Shown in pieces: positions 17,946 to 26,932 of a stretch of DNA of 64,000 nt. The position numbers and the translations under genes are program-made. The notes under the pieces were generated by a model. The model was not told the DNA's origin and made no database searches. It worked only from the letters and a program-made list of their open reading frames with translations. This stretch comes from an uncultured Luteolibacter sp. (lineage in GTDB: Bacteria; Verrucomicrobiota; Verrucomicrobiia; Verrucomicrobiales; Akkermansiaceae). Position 1 is the stretch's first letter. Every line of letters begins with the position of its first letter. Where the stretch lies: the NCBI GenBank assembly GCA_964541125.1, contig CAZIPY010000268.1:21997-85996 (forward strand), in the 5' to 3' direction.

Positions 17946-19685
17946 CTAGTTGCCCAGCCGCTTTACGAATTCATCGAGCAGGGCCTTGAGGCGTGACTCG
18001 CTGCTGATGCGCTTGGGCCGATCGAAGCCCAGCCAGATGGCGGTGGAACCGCTGGGGCCGAGGCGCAGCACCCAAGCATCGCGCTCGGAGGCGGTGGCGC
18101 CGGTGAAGCTGCGGGTGCCGCTGCGCTTGGAAATCACGCTCATGCCGTCGATGGCGGCATCGTGTTTGACGGCAAAGTGGAACTCAGGTTCCACCTTGTA
18201 GAGAGTCTCACCCTTGCTGTTGCGGATTTCTCGGATCAGGTGAAGCTTGGGCCGCTTGCCTTCGTTGGCGAGAGTGGCCAGTCCGGTGGCCATCTGGCGG
18301 GGGCTGGCGGTGACCGCGCCTCGCAGCAGATCCTCATTGTCCGCGAAGCTTCCCTTGAGGCCGCAGGCTTCGGCGACTCGCTGCACTTCGGCGAGGCTGA
18401 CTTGGCGGCCGGTTTGGATGGGCTTGCCGCGAATCACCAGCTTGTCGTTGTGCGAAGCTGCGGCGGCGACGAAGGGCTCGAAGGCCGAGCCGAGATCGCG
18501 TTTTGAGTGAGTGCGGTCGTAGCGGGAGTGGATGAAGTCGCGCCCACCGACGAGAGCGAGCACACCACCGGTCTTGGTTTCCACGGTGACTGCGGCCATT
18601 TGCAGGTACTCGGGATCGCGACCGAGCAAATGCTTGGCGTGGGTGGCATGGGCCCAGCCTTTTTCCTTCTCGATGTCTACCAGAGCCTGCGCGGCTTCCT
18701 TTTCCAGTCGCTGCTGCCAGGGAAGATCGATGGTGGTGATGACACGCAGACTGGTGGTGGCGGCGACCTCCTCATCGAGGCAGGTGCCCAGTTCGCGCTT
18801 GAGTGCCTGAAGGAGATAGGAGCCCTTGGATTCGCGGTGGGAGTCGGGCGCAAGCTCAAGTGGCATGGCGTCGATCTCATCGCGCTGTTCCTGGGTGATC
18901 ATGCCCATCGCCTGCATCCGAACCAGCGTCTGACGGCGCTGTTCCAGTGCACCCTCTGGATTGCGTAGCGGAGAGAAGAGGTGAGGCCCGCGAATGATGC
19001 CGACCAGCGTGGCGCATTCGGCCTCGTTGAGTTCCGACACCGACTTGGCGAAGTAGGTGTCGGCGGCTTCGGCAATGCCATGGCACCCTGCACCAAAATA
19101 AATACGATTCAGATAGTAGGTGAGAATCTCGTTCTTGCTGTAGCGCTTTTCGATGCGCCGGGCGACGGCCATCTCCAGAAACTTGCCATGCAGCTCCCGC
19201 AGCTTGCCGCTCTTTCTCGGATCGCGGATCTCAAAGCAGTTGCGTGCGAGCTGCATGGTTAGGGTCGAACCGCCTTGGGTGAAGTCGCGGTCCTTGATGT
19301 TGCGCAGGGTGGCACGCAACAGGCCGCGGTGGTCGATGCCGTTGTGTTCCGGAAAGCGGGCGTCCTCGCGGGCCTGCAAAGCCTGCACCAAGAAGTCGGG
19401 CATTTCTTTGTGAGTGACGTGAGTGACCGGAGCGGCGCCTTCGATTTCAAGAGCCTCACCACCCCGATCGCAGAAGACGGTGGACTGGCGCAGTTCGGCG
19501 ACCTTCTCCAGCGGGTAGTTGGTGGCCAGGATCATGTAGGTCACCAGAAACAGGATGAGCGCGACCAGTGAGACCGCGCTCGCGCTCAGCAGCACGATCA
19601 AGGGCGTATGCGTCCATTCCGGAAGCTTTTGCTTCCACTTGGGAATGAAGCGGGATGGACGCCAGGAGGACACGTCCGGGAGCAT
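17946..19685 (-). CDS. Class A PBP-like protein: intact GT51 transglycosylase with a degenerate, shortened transpeptidase
   Basis: REDARF, QGGSTLTMQLAR and YLNRIYFG are present. SxxK reads SAFE and KTG reads FTG/TGAT. An alternative TTG start lies at 19709. Confidence 0.85.
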   Translation of the reverse strand: MLPDVSSWRPSRFIPKWKQKLPEWTHTPLIVLLSASAVSLVALILFLVTYMILATNYPLEKVAELRQSTVFCDRGGEALEIEGAAPVTHVTHKEMPDFLVQALQAREDARFPEHNGIDHRGLLRATLRNIKDRDFTQGGSTLTMQLARNCFEIRDPRKSGKLRELHGKFLEMAVARRIEKRYSKNEILTYYLNRIYFGAGCHGIAEAADTYFAKSVSELNEAECATLVGIIRGPHLFSPLRNPEGALEQRRQTLVRMQAMGMITQEQRDEIDAMPLELAPDSHRESKGSYLLQALKRELGTCLDEEVAATTSLRVITTIDLPWQQRLEKEAAQALVDIEKEKGWAHATHAKHLLGRDPEYLQMAAVTVETKTGGVLALVGGRDFIHSRYDRTHSKRDLGSAFEPFVAAAASHNDKLVIRGKPIQTGRQVSLAEVQRVAEACGLKGSFADNEDLLRGAVTASPRQMATGLATLANEGKRPKLHLIREIRNSKGETLYKVEPEFHFAVKHDAAIDGMSVISKRSGTRSFTGATASERDAWVLRLGPSGSTAIWLGFDRPKRISSESRLKALLDEFVKRLGN

Positions 19686-19860
19686 GCAGTAAGGATCCGC
19701 CTGAGCCAAGCTTCGGCGGAGAAGGCTCTGTGAGTGCAGTTCTGACAGATGGCGTGACTATATTTTCTTCATTCCGGCAAATTCCTGCTGAGCAGACATC
19801 TGGGCTTCATGAAAATATGTTGTTGATCAGATTAGGAATAAAACCGTCAGATAGCGAGAG

Positions 19861-20751
19861 ATGAAGATCTTGGTTGTCATTCCAACTTACAAACCAACAG
19901 CTCCAATCTTTGAAAGGGTAATAGATGCCCTAAAACAACAAACTTTGAATCCACAAGAGTGGCGCTTCCTCATTCTTGAGAATGGAATTCAGTCGATTGA
20001 GAGCCCTGAGGCTTTAGTGGATTGGCACCCCAATGGTGAATATATCTTCCAAGAAAAAGCCGGCCTCACGGAGGCAAGGTTGAGGGCAATTCAGGAGTGC
20101 CGGGAGGACATGATCTGTTTTGTGGATGATGATACCGCCTTGGATCCCACATACTTGGAGAAGGGCTTGGATGTTTTGAGACAATTCCCACAAATCGGGG
20201 CATGGGGTGGGCAGCTTATCCCAGTATATGACGGATACGTTCCTTCTGATAGAGCGAAAAACATTTGGGATGACTCATTCGACAAGGATGCATGGGCCAA
20301 TATCCCTGATCGGCGGTGTTCTCCCGTAGGAGGGGGCATGTTTATCCTGCGCCAGGTGGGAGAACAGTATGCAGCTCAAATTGCATCCGACTCACGGCGG
20401 CTGGCCTTGGGAAGAAAAAGAGGGGAATTGACCGCTTCGGAAGACATCGACATGGCCTACTGCGCTACAGATTTGGGTCTCGGAATCGGTAAGTTTCTCC
20501 AATTGCGCTTGGACCATTACATCCCTGAATCAAGGTGCAGCGATGAGTATTTGGATCGGCTCATGGAAGGGTTTGGTTATTGCGGAACCATCTTGGCCCA
20601 TATTCGAGGGCTGCCTTTTCAGAACATGTCCCGAATCGATTTTCTGGTGAAATCTTACAAAGAATTAAGGGCGAAGAACAAACCGAGCAGAGACCAAGTC
20701 TGCAGGTTTAAAGGCATGAAAAAAGCGCTTAGGGAAATACGACAAATGTAA
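19861..20751 (+). CDS. Glycosyltransferase family 2
   Basis: VVIPTY, FVDDD and SEDIDM motifs. AT-richer and oriented opposite to the flanking PBPs. Confidence 0.88.
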   Translation: MKILVVIPTYKPTAPIFERVIDALKQQTLNPQEWRFLILENGIQSIESPEALVDWHPNGEYIFQEKAGLTEARLRAIQECREDMICFVDDDTALDPTYLEKGLDVLRQFPQIGAWGGQLIPVYDGYVPSDRAKNIWDDSFDKDAWANIPDRRCSPVGGGMFILRQVGEQYAAQIASDSRRLALGRKRGELTASEDIDMAYCATDLGLGIGKFLQLRLDHYIPESRCSDEYLDRLMEGFGYCGTILAHIRGLPFQNMSRIDFLVKSYKELRAKNKPSRDQVCRFKGMKKALREIRQM

Positions 20752-20776
20752 TTTGTCATCCCGCCCAACTCTAGCA

Positions 20777-23224
20777 TTACCTCACCGGCTGGGCTCGGGG
20801 CGGGTTGGCGGGCCGGGCTCTCGGAACTGCTCGTGGGGCTTGCGGCTCACGCACCGGTTGCGCCCTGGGGGTCGCTCTCGGCGGTGGCACGGCCCTCGGT
20901 GCTCCGCTTGTCACGGGACTGGCCTTGGGTGCCACGGGTTGGCCAGTATTGGGATCAATGGCGATGGCGCGTGCCGGATGAAGTGGGCAAAGCTCGTGAG
21001 GCCGAGGCGCGGTGTCGCGAGGCAGCCAGACTTCCATGGCGTGACCTTCGGCAGCGCATCCCGAGGTCGCAAACTTGCCGGAGAGGCGGCAGATGTTGAC
21101 CTTGATCTTGTCGCGATTGTGCAGCTTTCCGGCGGTGTAGCCCATCGCATCTGCATCCTTCATGATTGCGGTCCACACCGGCAGGGCGAGTGCCGAGCCG
21201 TAGCCGGAACTGATGGTGCGTTTGGGTTGGTCGAAGCCCACCCATACAGCACAGGTGAGCTGAGACGTGTAGCCGGCAAACCAGGCGTCCTTGAAGTCAT
21301 CGGTGGTGCCGGTCTTACCGGCGCAGGGTTTGGTGAAGCCGAGGCGACGAATGGAAGCGGCGGTGCCGCTTTCAGTGACTTCTTGAAGGATGGAAGACAC
21401 CCCGAGTGAGGAGCTGCGGGTGGCCGCCTGATAGGCTAGTGGCCGTGTGGTGTAGAGAATGTTACCGTCGCGATCCCTGATTTCGGACACTAGGTAGGGC
21501 CGGTAGCGAGCGCCCTCGTTTGGGAAAATGGAGTAGGCGGTGGCGACTTCCCATGGTGAGGCTTCGAAGCTGCCGAGGTAAGAGGCCGGAGTCGGCGGCA
21601 CCGCCTTGTTGAATCCGGCAAGCTTGCCGACAAGTTGCACCATTTTCATCCCGGCGAAATTACCGACACGCACGGACATGGTATTGCGTGATCGAATGAG
21701 GCCGTAAGAGGCGGGGAAGCGGCCGCCAAACTTGCCGTCGGAGTTCTTTGGGTTCCAGGTTTCCGCGCCGCGGATCTCACCGCGCTGCAAGGCCGCATCG
21801 CTGACAGGGGTATCGGGGCGCATGCCTTTGTCGAAGGCGGCGAGGTAAACGAAGGGTTTGAAGATGGAGCCGATCTGGCGCATCGCATCTTGAGTGCGGT
21901 TGAATCGAGATTCCTGAACGTTGCGCCCGCCGACGACGGCGAGCACACCGCCGGTACGGTTTTCGATCACCACCGCTGCGCCTTGCATGTACTTGGGCTC
22001 GCGTCGACCCTCCGGGTCGCTCGACTTCCAGCCGGCGCGGGTCTGATGACGATAACCACTCATCTTTTCGACCTCTGTGAGCCGGGCATCTAGCGCCTTC
22101 TCTGCAGCCTGCTGCACGCGGTGGTCGATGGTGGTGGTGATGATCAGGCCGCCAAGCTGGATGTCCTCTTGCTCGAGAATGATGTCGAGGTCGCGGCGGA
22201 TGGCGTTCATTGCATAGGACTCGCGCGACTGGCGACGCGCCATCGGCCGAACCTTGATCTCTGAACTCTTGGCTTCATCGGCCTGTTCTTGGGTGATTTT
22301 ACCGGCCGAGACCATGCGCGCGAGGGTGGTGTTGCGCTCGCGCTCCGCCTTCTCCATGGAGCTGAAGGGGTTGTAGGCATCTGGACCACGAACGATGCCG
22401 GCGAGCATGGCGGACTCTGACAGGTCCAGCTCTACGGGATGTTTCTCGAAGTAGATGCGCGAGGCCTCACCAATGCCCTTGATTTGCCGACCCCAGTTGA
22501 TCTGGTTGATGTAGGCCTCGAGCAGTTCATCCTTCGAGTAATTCATCTCCAGCCTAACGGCGATGGCGATTTCGAGGAACTTGCGGTCGATCTGGCGCAT
22601 CAACTGGCCGCGTTTCTCGCCGGCTTTGAGTTGGAAGATGTCACTGGCGAGCTGTTGGGTGATGGTTGAAGCGCCTTCGCGTTTTCCTCTCAGGTTCATG
22701 ACGAAGGCACGCGCCATGCCGATTGGGTCGAAACCTGGATGGTAGTAGAAGCGTTCGTCTTCGCGTGCGAGGATAGCCATCCGGAAGGGCTCAGCGACTT
22801 CTTCGAGAGGAACGATGGAGCGTTTCTCGCCGTGCATGCGTCCGAGTTCGCGTCCGTGGCGGTCGAGGATCACCGTGCGCTCGCGCATGGCGTGAATCTG
22901 CGACAGATCGTGGCGGGAAGAGCGCGCGCCGTAGACCACAGCCATGACGAGAAAGCAGAAGGCGCCGATGATGGCGGGATGGCCGCCGAGACGCAGCGGC
23001 CACTTCCACCACCACTTCATCTTGGCAGTCAGGCGGTTGAGCAGGAGGAAGGGCCAGAGCAGCACCCACATGCCTGTCTTGGCAGCCTTCTTACCTCGAC
23101 TGCCGCCGCGGCTCTTGGCCCGTTTCTTACCCGAGCTGCGGCGACGATTGCCCGCGGGTTTGGCCGCCTTCTTGGGGCGGGCTCGCTTCTTGGGTGACTT
23201 GCGGGCGGGCACGACGGGCAGCAT
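20777..23224 (-). CDS. Penicillin-binding protein 1A family (class A PBP)
   Basis: GT51 motifs REDERF and GASTITQQL. Transpeptidase motifs SIFK, SRN and KTGT are intact. Pro/Arg-rich tail. Confidence 0.95.
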   Translation of the reverse strand: MLPVVPARKSPKKRARPKKAAKPAGNRRRSSGKKRAKSRGGSRGKKAAKTGMWVLLWPFLLLNRLTAKMKWWWKWPLRLGGHPAIIGAFCFLVMAVVYGARSSRHDLSQIHAMRERTVILDRHGRELGRMHGEKRSIVPLEEVAEPFRMAILAREDERFYYHPGFDPIGMARAFVMNLRGKREGASTITQQLASDIFQLKAGEKRGQLMRQIDRKFLEIAIAVRLEMNYSKDELLEAYINQINWGRQIKGIGEASRIYFEKHPVELDLSESAMLAGIVRGPDAYNPFSSMEKAERERNTTLARMVSAGKITQEQADEAKSSEIKVRPMARRQSRESYAMNAIRRDLDIILEQEDIQLGGLIITTTIDHRVQQAAEKALDARLTEVEKMSGYRHQTRAGWKSSDPEGRREPKYMQGAAVVIENRTGGVLAVVGGRNVQESRFNRTQDAMRQIGSIFKPFVYLAAFDKGMRPDTPVSDAALQRGEIRGAETWNPKNSDGKFGGRFPASYGLIRSRNTMSVRVGNFAGMKMVQLVGKLAGFNKAVPPTPASYLGSFEASPWEVATAYSIFPNEGARYRPYLVSEIRDRDGNILYTTRPLAYQAATRSSSLGVSSILQEVTESGTAASIRRLGFTKPCAGKTGTTDDFKDAWFAGYTSQLTCAVWVGFDQPKRTISSGYGSALALPVWTAIMKDADAMGYTAGKLHNRDKIKVNICRLSGKFATSGCAAEGHAMEVWLPRDTAPRPHELCPLHPARAIAIDPNTGQPVAPKASPVTSGAPRAVPPPRATPRAQPVREPQAPRAVPRARPANPPRAQPVR

Positions 23225-23275
23225 AGGGCATCAGGCCCACGGAATCCACCCCAGATCCTTAAGATTTCCGTAGCA

Positions 23276-26200
23276 TCAAAAACTGACGTCCAGGCTCACC
23301 GTGAAGACCCGCTCATCGGGCGGAGCGACGAAGTAATTGAGGCTGTTGAGGCCGTCGTCTTCGCCGAGCACGTTGAGAATGCTGACGGACAGGCGGCCGC
23401 GCTGGTTCTGAAGCATGCGTCCGATGCTGAGGTTGAGAATGGGCATGCTGGCATCCTCGAGGACGACTCCCAGATCGTTGTCTTGCATCCAGTATTCAGC
23501 CTCAGCAGCCATGAACCACCCATCAGCCCTTTGGTAACGTCCATACAGGCTGCCGACGATCAGATCGGAGCGGGTGCCGTCCAGCAACGGGTTGGAGAGG
23601 CTGGTGGGCGTGTTGAGGGTCTCCTCCATTTCCACGTGTTGCCAACGGGCGCTGGCTCCAATGCTGACTTCATCCGTGAGCAGGTGGTCGAGGCGAGCCA
23701 TCAGTGAGGTTTCCTCGTAGTCGAGATCCTGACGGTAACTACCCACGGTGACGTCACCAGGGTTGGTGGGGAATGCGCCGGTGTTGGTGTCGGAGTCGAA
23801 AAAGACGGATTCTTCAAACACTCCGAAGGAACGATCCCCTGAGAATCTGCCGTGGAAGGCTTCTACGGTAAGCCAGGTGTCCTTGTCCAGCGCACCACTC
23901 AAATTGATGGTGAAATTGTCGTTGGTGCCTCCGGCCATGGTGCCGGTGGCGGTGGTGGGAATCAGTGAGCGGTAGGTGGTGACCAGCCCCGCCACTTGGG
24001 TGGGCTCGAGTCGAAGCTGATCTTCGATGCTGTAACCGCTCATGCTGCGCGCGGCGGCGGCCCGCAGCGTCCAGTCCTCATCGAGCTGCCAGACGATGCC
24101 GAGCTTGGGCGAAATCATCTGACGCTTCTTGCGGCTGTTGGTGAAGGGAGCCGATTGCAGGCCGTCTGCAAAGTCGATGGCCTCCAAGCTCACGCCCCCG
24201 ATCACACTGAAGCGGTCATTGAACTCATGGGTGTAGTAGGCATAGGTCGACCAGCGGGTGAAGTCCTCCTCCGCACGGCCGCTGCCGGCGGAGTCGATGG
24301 CATCGGGAACCAATATCGGATACAGAAAGGAAGGCATCGTGCTGGGGATGGCGGCCAGCACGGTGTTGTCCTGTTCGACTTCGCCGCCCTGATAGCGTGC
24401 GCCCAAGATGAATTGGCGGTGGTCCTGCTTGAAAATGTGCTGCAGCTCCACACTGCCCAGTTGGAATTCCTGCTCGGCGAGCAGGCTGCTCTCGTAAGTT
24501 CTCAGTGCTGGTGCGCCGAAGCTGTTGATGGAGGTGACGGGTCGCAGCGGGTCGTAGATTTCGCTGCGCAGATTGGTGTGGCCGACCAAGGCCAAGGTGG
24601 TGTGCTCCGGATTCCAGTCGCGACCGTAGCTGAGGAAGACCAGGGGCTCCTGCCAATTTTTGGCACGGAGTTCGGGGTCGCGGCCGAAGACCGGATCAAT
24701 CTCACGGCCGGTGTTGGGGTCGATGCCGGGTGGGCCGGTCAAAGGTGGGGTGAAGATGGTCCGACCGCTGGCATCGATGGTGTAGTCACGGGTGGCGCGC
24801 CCGACAGCATCGGGGTTGGTGATCTGGCGCACGTCGCCCTGCTCGGAGTCCTGATAGAGGATGGTGGCGTAAAGACGGTCCTTGGGGCTGAGGTCGTACT
24901 TGAACTGGGTCAGGATGCCGTTGCGGTTGAAGTCATCGTTGAAGTGGTGGGTGCCCCAGTCCTCCTGCAGGACTTCTGCGGCGAAGGCAAAGGGCCCTTG
25001 GTTATAGCTGGTAAAGTTGGAGAGTGAGTAGCGGTTACGCGAGTCGTAGGTGCCGCGCGTGTTGTTACCCCAACCTTGCTGGTTGAATAGCGAGGTGTAT
25101 TCCTGATTGCTCAAGCTCTGTGCGGCCAATCCGGCACCGGCGGGAGCGAGGATGTTGCGCAAGAAGAGTTCGTTGGAGACCACCGTGCCATAGCGTTGGG
25201 CCAGTCCGGCAGGGTCGAGTAAGGGACCATAGGCTCGGGCCATGAAGTCGTGGGAAGCGAAATTGAGGTAGTCGTCGACACCCGCCTTGCCGGCTTCGGT
25301 AAGGGCTTGGGTGGGCAGGCCTGCATCCTGATAGATTTCGGCAAGGTTGCTGCGGCGCACCGCGAGGTCTTCATCGAGCAGCATGCGCGAACGAAAAAGG
25401 CTGCGATTGTCGTTAAGGCGAATCGATTCTTGGAGGTCGCGAATAGCCTCGATGGGTCGGTTGCTGTCCTGTTTGAGGAGAGCCGAGTAGAGCCATGGTG
25501 TGGGATCAGCGGGGTCGAGTTTCTGTGCCAGACTCAACTCGTAGAGAGCTTTGTTCATGGAAGGCGCTGGCTTGAGGGCGAGTTGATCGCGCTGTACTTC
25601 GGCAAAACCTTTGCCGAGGTAGCTGCGCAGAATGGAGCGGTTGGGCTCGAGCGCGGCGGCTGCGGTCAGCGAGCGCAGAGCTTCGGCTTCCTGCTGCTGT
25701 TTGAATTGAATGAGGCCCAGGCCGAGCCAGGCATCGCCATAGGCGGGGGCTACCTCGATGGCCTTCGTGAAGTGCAACTCGGCAGTGGCGAGATCGTTGT
25801 GGGCGGCGCGCTCGAAGCCCGAAAGTACGGAGGCCTCGGCGTTCATGGGTGAGAGTTCACGGGCTTTCTCTAGGCTGATGCCCATGCCTTGGATGCGGCC
25901 CGTGCTGAACTGCAGGCTGGCGAGACGCGACCAAGCATAGCCGAGCTCAGGGGTAGCTTCGGTGGCTCGTTCCGCAGCGGTCAGTGCTCCGAGAATATCG
26001 CCATTGGCCTGCAGGGTGTAGGAACGGGCTAGCCAGCCGGTGGCATTTTGCGGCTGTTGTGCCGGGATGTCTTTGCCGCCCTTTACGGTGGTGATGAGTT
26101 CGAGCAATGCAGCTGCATCTGCCGACTTGGATCCACGCAGAATCTTTCCGGCATCTTCGACCTGACCACTAGCGAGGATCAAACTCGCGCGGTAGACAGC

Positions 26201-26932
26201 GGCGTCACCAGTATTCGCAGCGGGCATGGCTTCCAGGGCGCCCAACAAATCACCGGCGCGATAGGCCTTGAGTGAAGCCTGCATGCCGGCACCTTTCAGG
26301 TTCATTGCATCCACATCCAAAATGGCGGGGTAATAGAGATACCACTGGATGTGTCGGCTGGCGTCGATCATGGGCAGGCGCTGTGGCGCAGCACCCGGCG
26401 CAGTGCGGCTGCGCTCGCCGTCGTTGAGTTCGAGCTCGCCGGCAGGATTGCTCAGGACCACGTTGCCTTCGAAGAGTGTCAGTTCGGTGGTGCCGTCTTC
26501 GAGCACACGGATCTCAAACTCGGTGCCGCGGATGGCAGCATTCACGGAAGCGGTTTGGATGTCTTTCTCCGCATCGGGTTGACGGCTGAAGAAGTGCATG
26601 GCGCCCTTCTTTAGTTGTGTCTTGGCCGATGCCTGACCGGAACTGGCTTTGGGCCGGGCCAGTCGCATGTTGGAGAATTCGCTCAGGCGGATGACGTTGC
26701 CGGAGGGAAAGCGCAGGGCGGCGCGGCTGTATTCGCCAGTACGCACGTGCATGCCGTAGTCGAGGCGGTCTCCTGTTTTAGCGGCGGCCCATTGGCGGCC
26801 ATTGGAGCTTTTTTCAACACTGTTCTCCACGGCGATCAACTCGATGGGCGCCTGAGCGTGAAGTAGGGGCAGCAGAAACAAAAAGAGAGCGAGCCTCAGC
26901 ATGGATTTGGAAATCATGGGAGTAGCGTTCAT
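23276..26932 (-). CDS. FecR domain + TPR repeats + C-terminal TonB-receptor-like beta-barrel protein
   Basis: Signal peptide, FecR motifs VRTGEYSRA, AAIRGTEF and LFEGNV, TPRs (DAWLGLG, DPADPTPWLYS) and a barrel ending SPKLG...LDVSF. Confidence 0.85.
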   Translation of the reverse strand: MNATPMISKSMLRLALFLFLLPLLHAQAPIELIAVENSVEKSSNGRQWAAAKTGDRLDYGMHVRTGEYSRAALRFPSGNVIRLSEFSNMRLARPKASSGQASAKTQLKKGAMHFFSRQPDAEKDIQTASVNAAIRGTEFEIRVLEDGTTELTLFEGNVVLSNPAGELELNDGERSRTAPGAAPQRLPMIDASRHIQWYLYYPAILDVDAMNLKGAGMQASLKAYRAGDLLGALEAMPAANTGDAAVYRASLILASGQVEDAGKILRGSKSADAAALLELITTVKGGKDIPAQQPQNATGWLARSYTLQANGDILGALTAAERATEATPELGYAWSRLASLQFSTGRIQGMGISLEKARELSPMNAEASVLSGFERAAHNDLATAELHFTKAIEVAPAYGDAWLGLGLIQFKQQQEAEALRSLTAAAALEPNRSILRSYLGKGFAEVQRDQLALKPAPSMNKALYELSLAQKLDPADPTPWLYSALLKQDSNRPIEAIRDLQESIRLNDNRSLFRSRMLLDEDLAVRRSNLAEIYQDAGLPTQALTEAGKAGVDDYLNFASHDFMARAYGPLLDPAGLAQRYGTVVSNELFLRNILAPAGAGLAAQSLSNQEYTSLFNQQGWGNNTRGTYDSRNRYSLSNFTSYNQGPFAFAAEVLQEDWGTHHFNDDFNRNGILTQFKYDLSPKDRLYATILYQDSEQGDVRQITNPDAVGRATRDYTIDASGRTIFTPPLTGPPGIDPNTGREIDPVFGRDPELRAKNWQEPLVFLSYGRDWNPEHTTLALVGHTNLRSEIYDPLRPVTSINSFGAPALRTYESSLLAEQEFQLGSVELQHIFKQDHRQFILGARYQGGEVEQDNTVLAAIPSTMPSFLYPILVPDAIDSAGSGRAEEDFTRWSTYAYYTHEFNDRFSVIGGVSLEAIDFADGLQSAPFTNSRKKRQMISPKLGIVWQLDEDWTLRAAAARSMSGYSIEDQLRLEPTQVAGLVTTYRSLIPTTATGTMAGGTNDNFTINLSGALDKDTWLTVEAFHGRFSGDRSFGVFEESVFFDSDTNTGAFPTNPGDVTVGSYRQDLDYEETSLMARLDHLLTDEVSIGASARWQHVEMEETLNTPTSLSNPLLDGTRSDLIVGSLYGRYQRADGWFMAAEAEYWMQDNDLGVVLEDASMPILNLSIGRMLQNQRGRLSVSILNVLGEDDGLNSLNYFVAPPDERVFTVSLDVSF

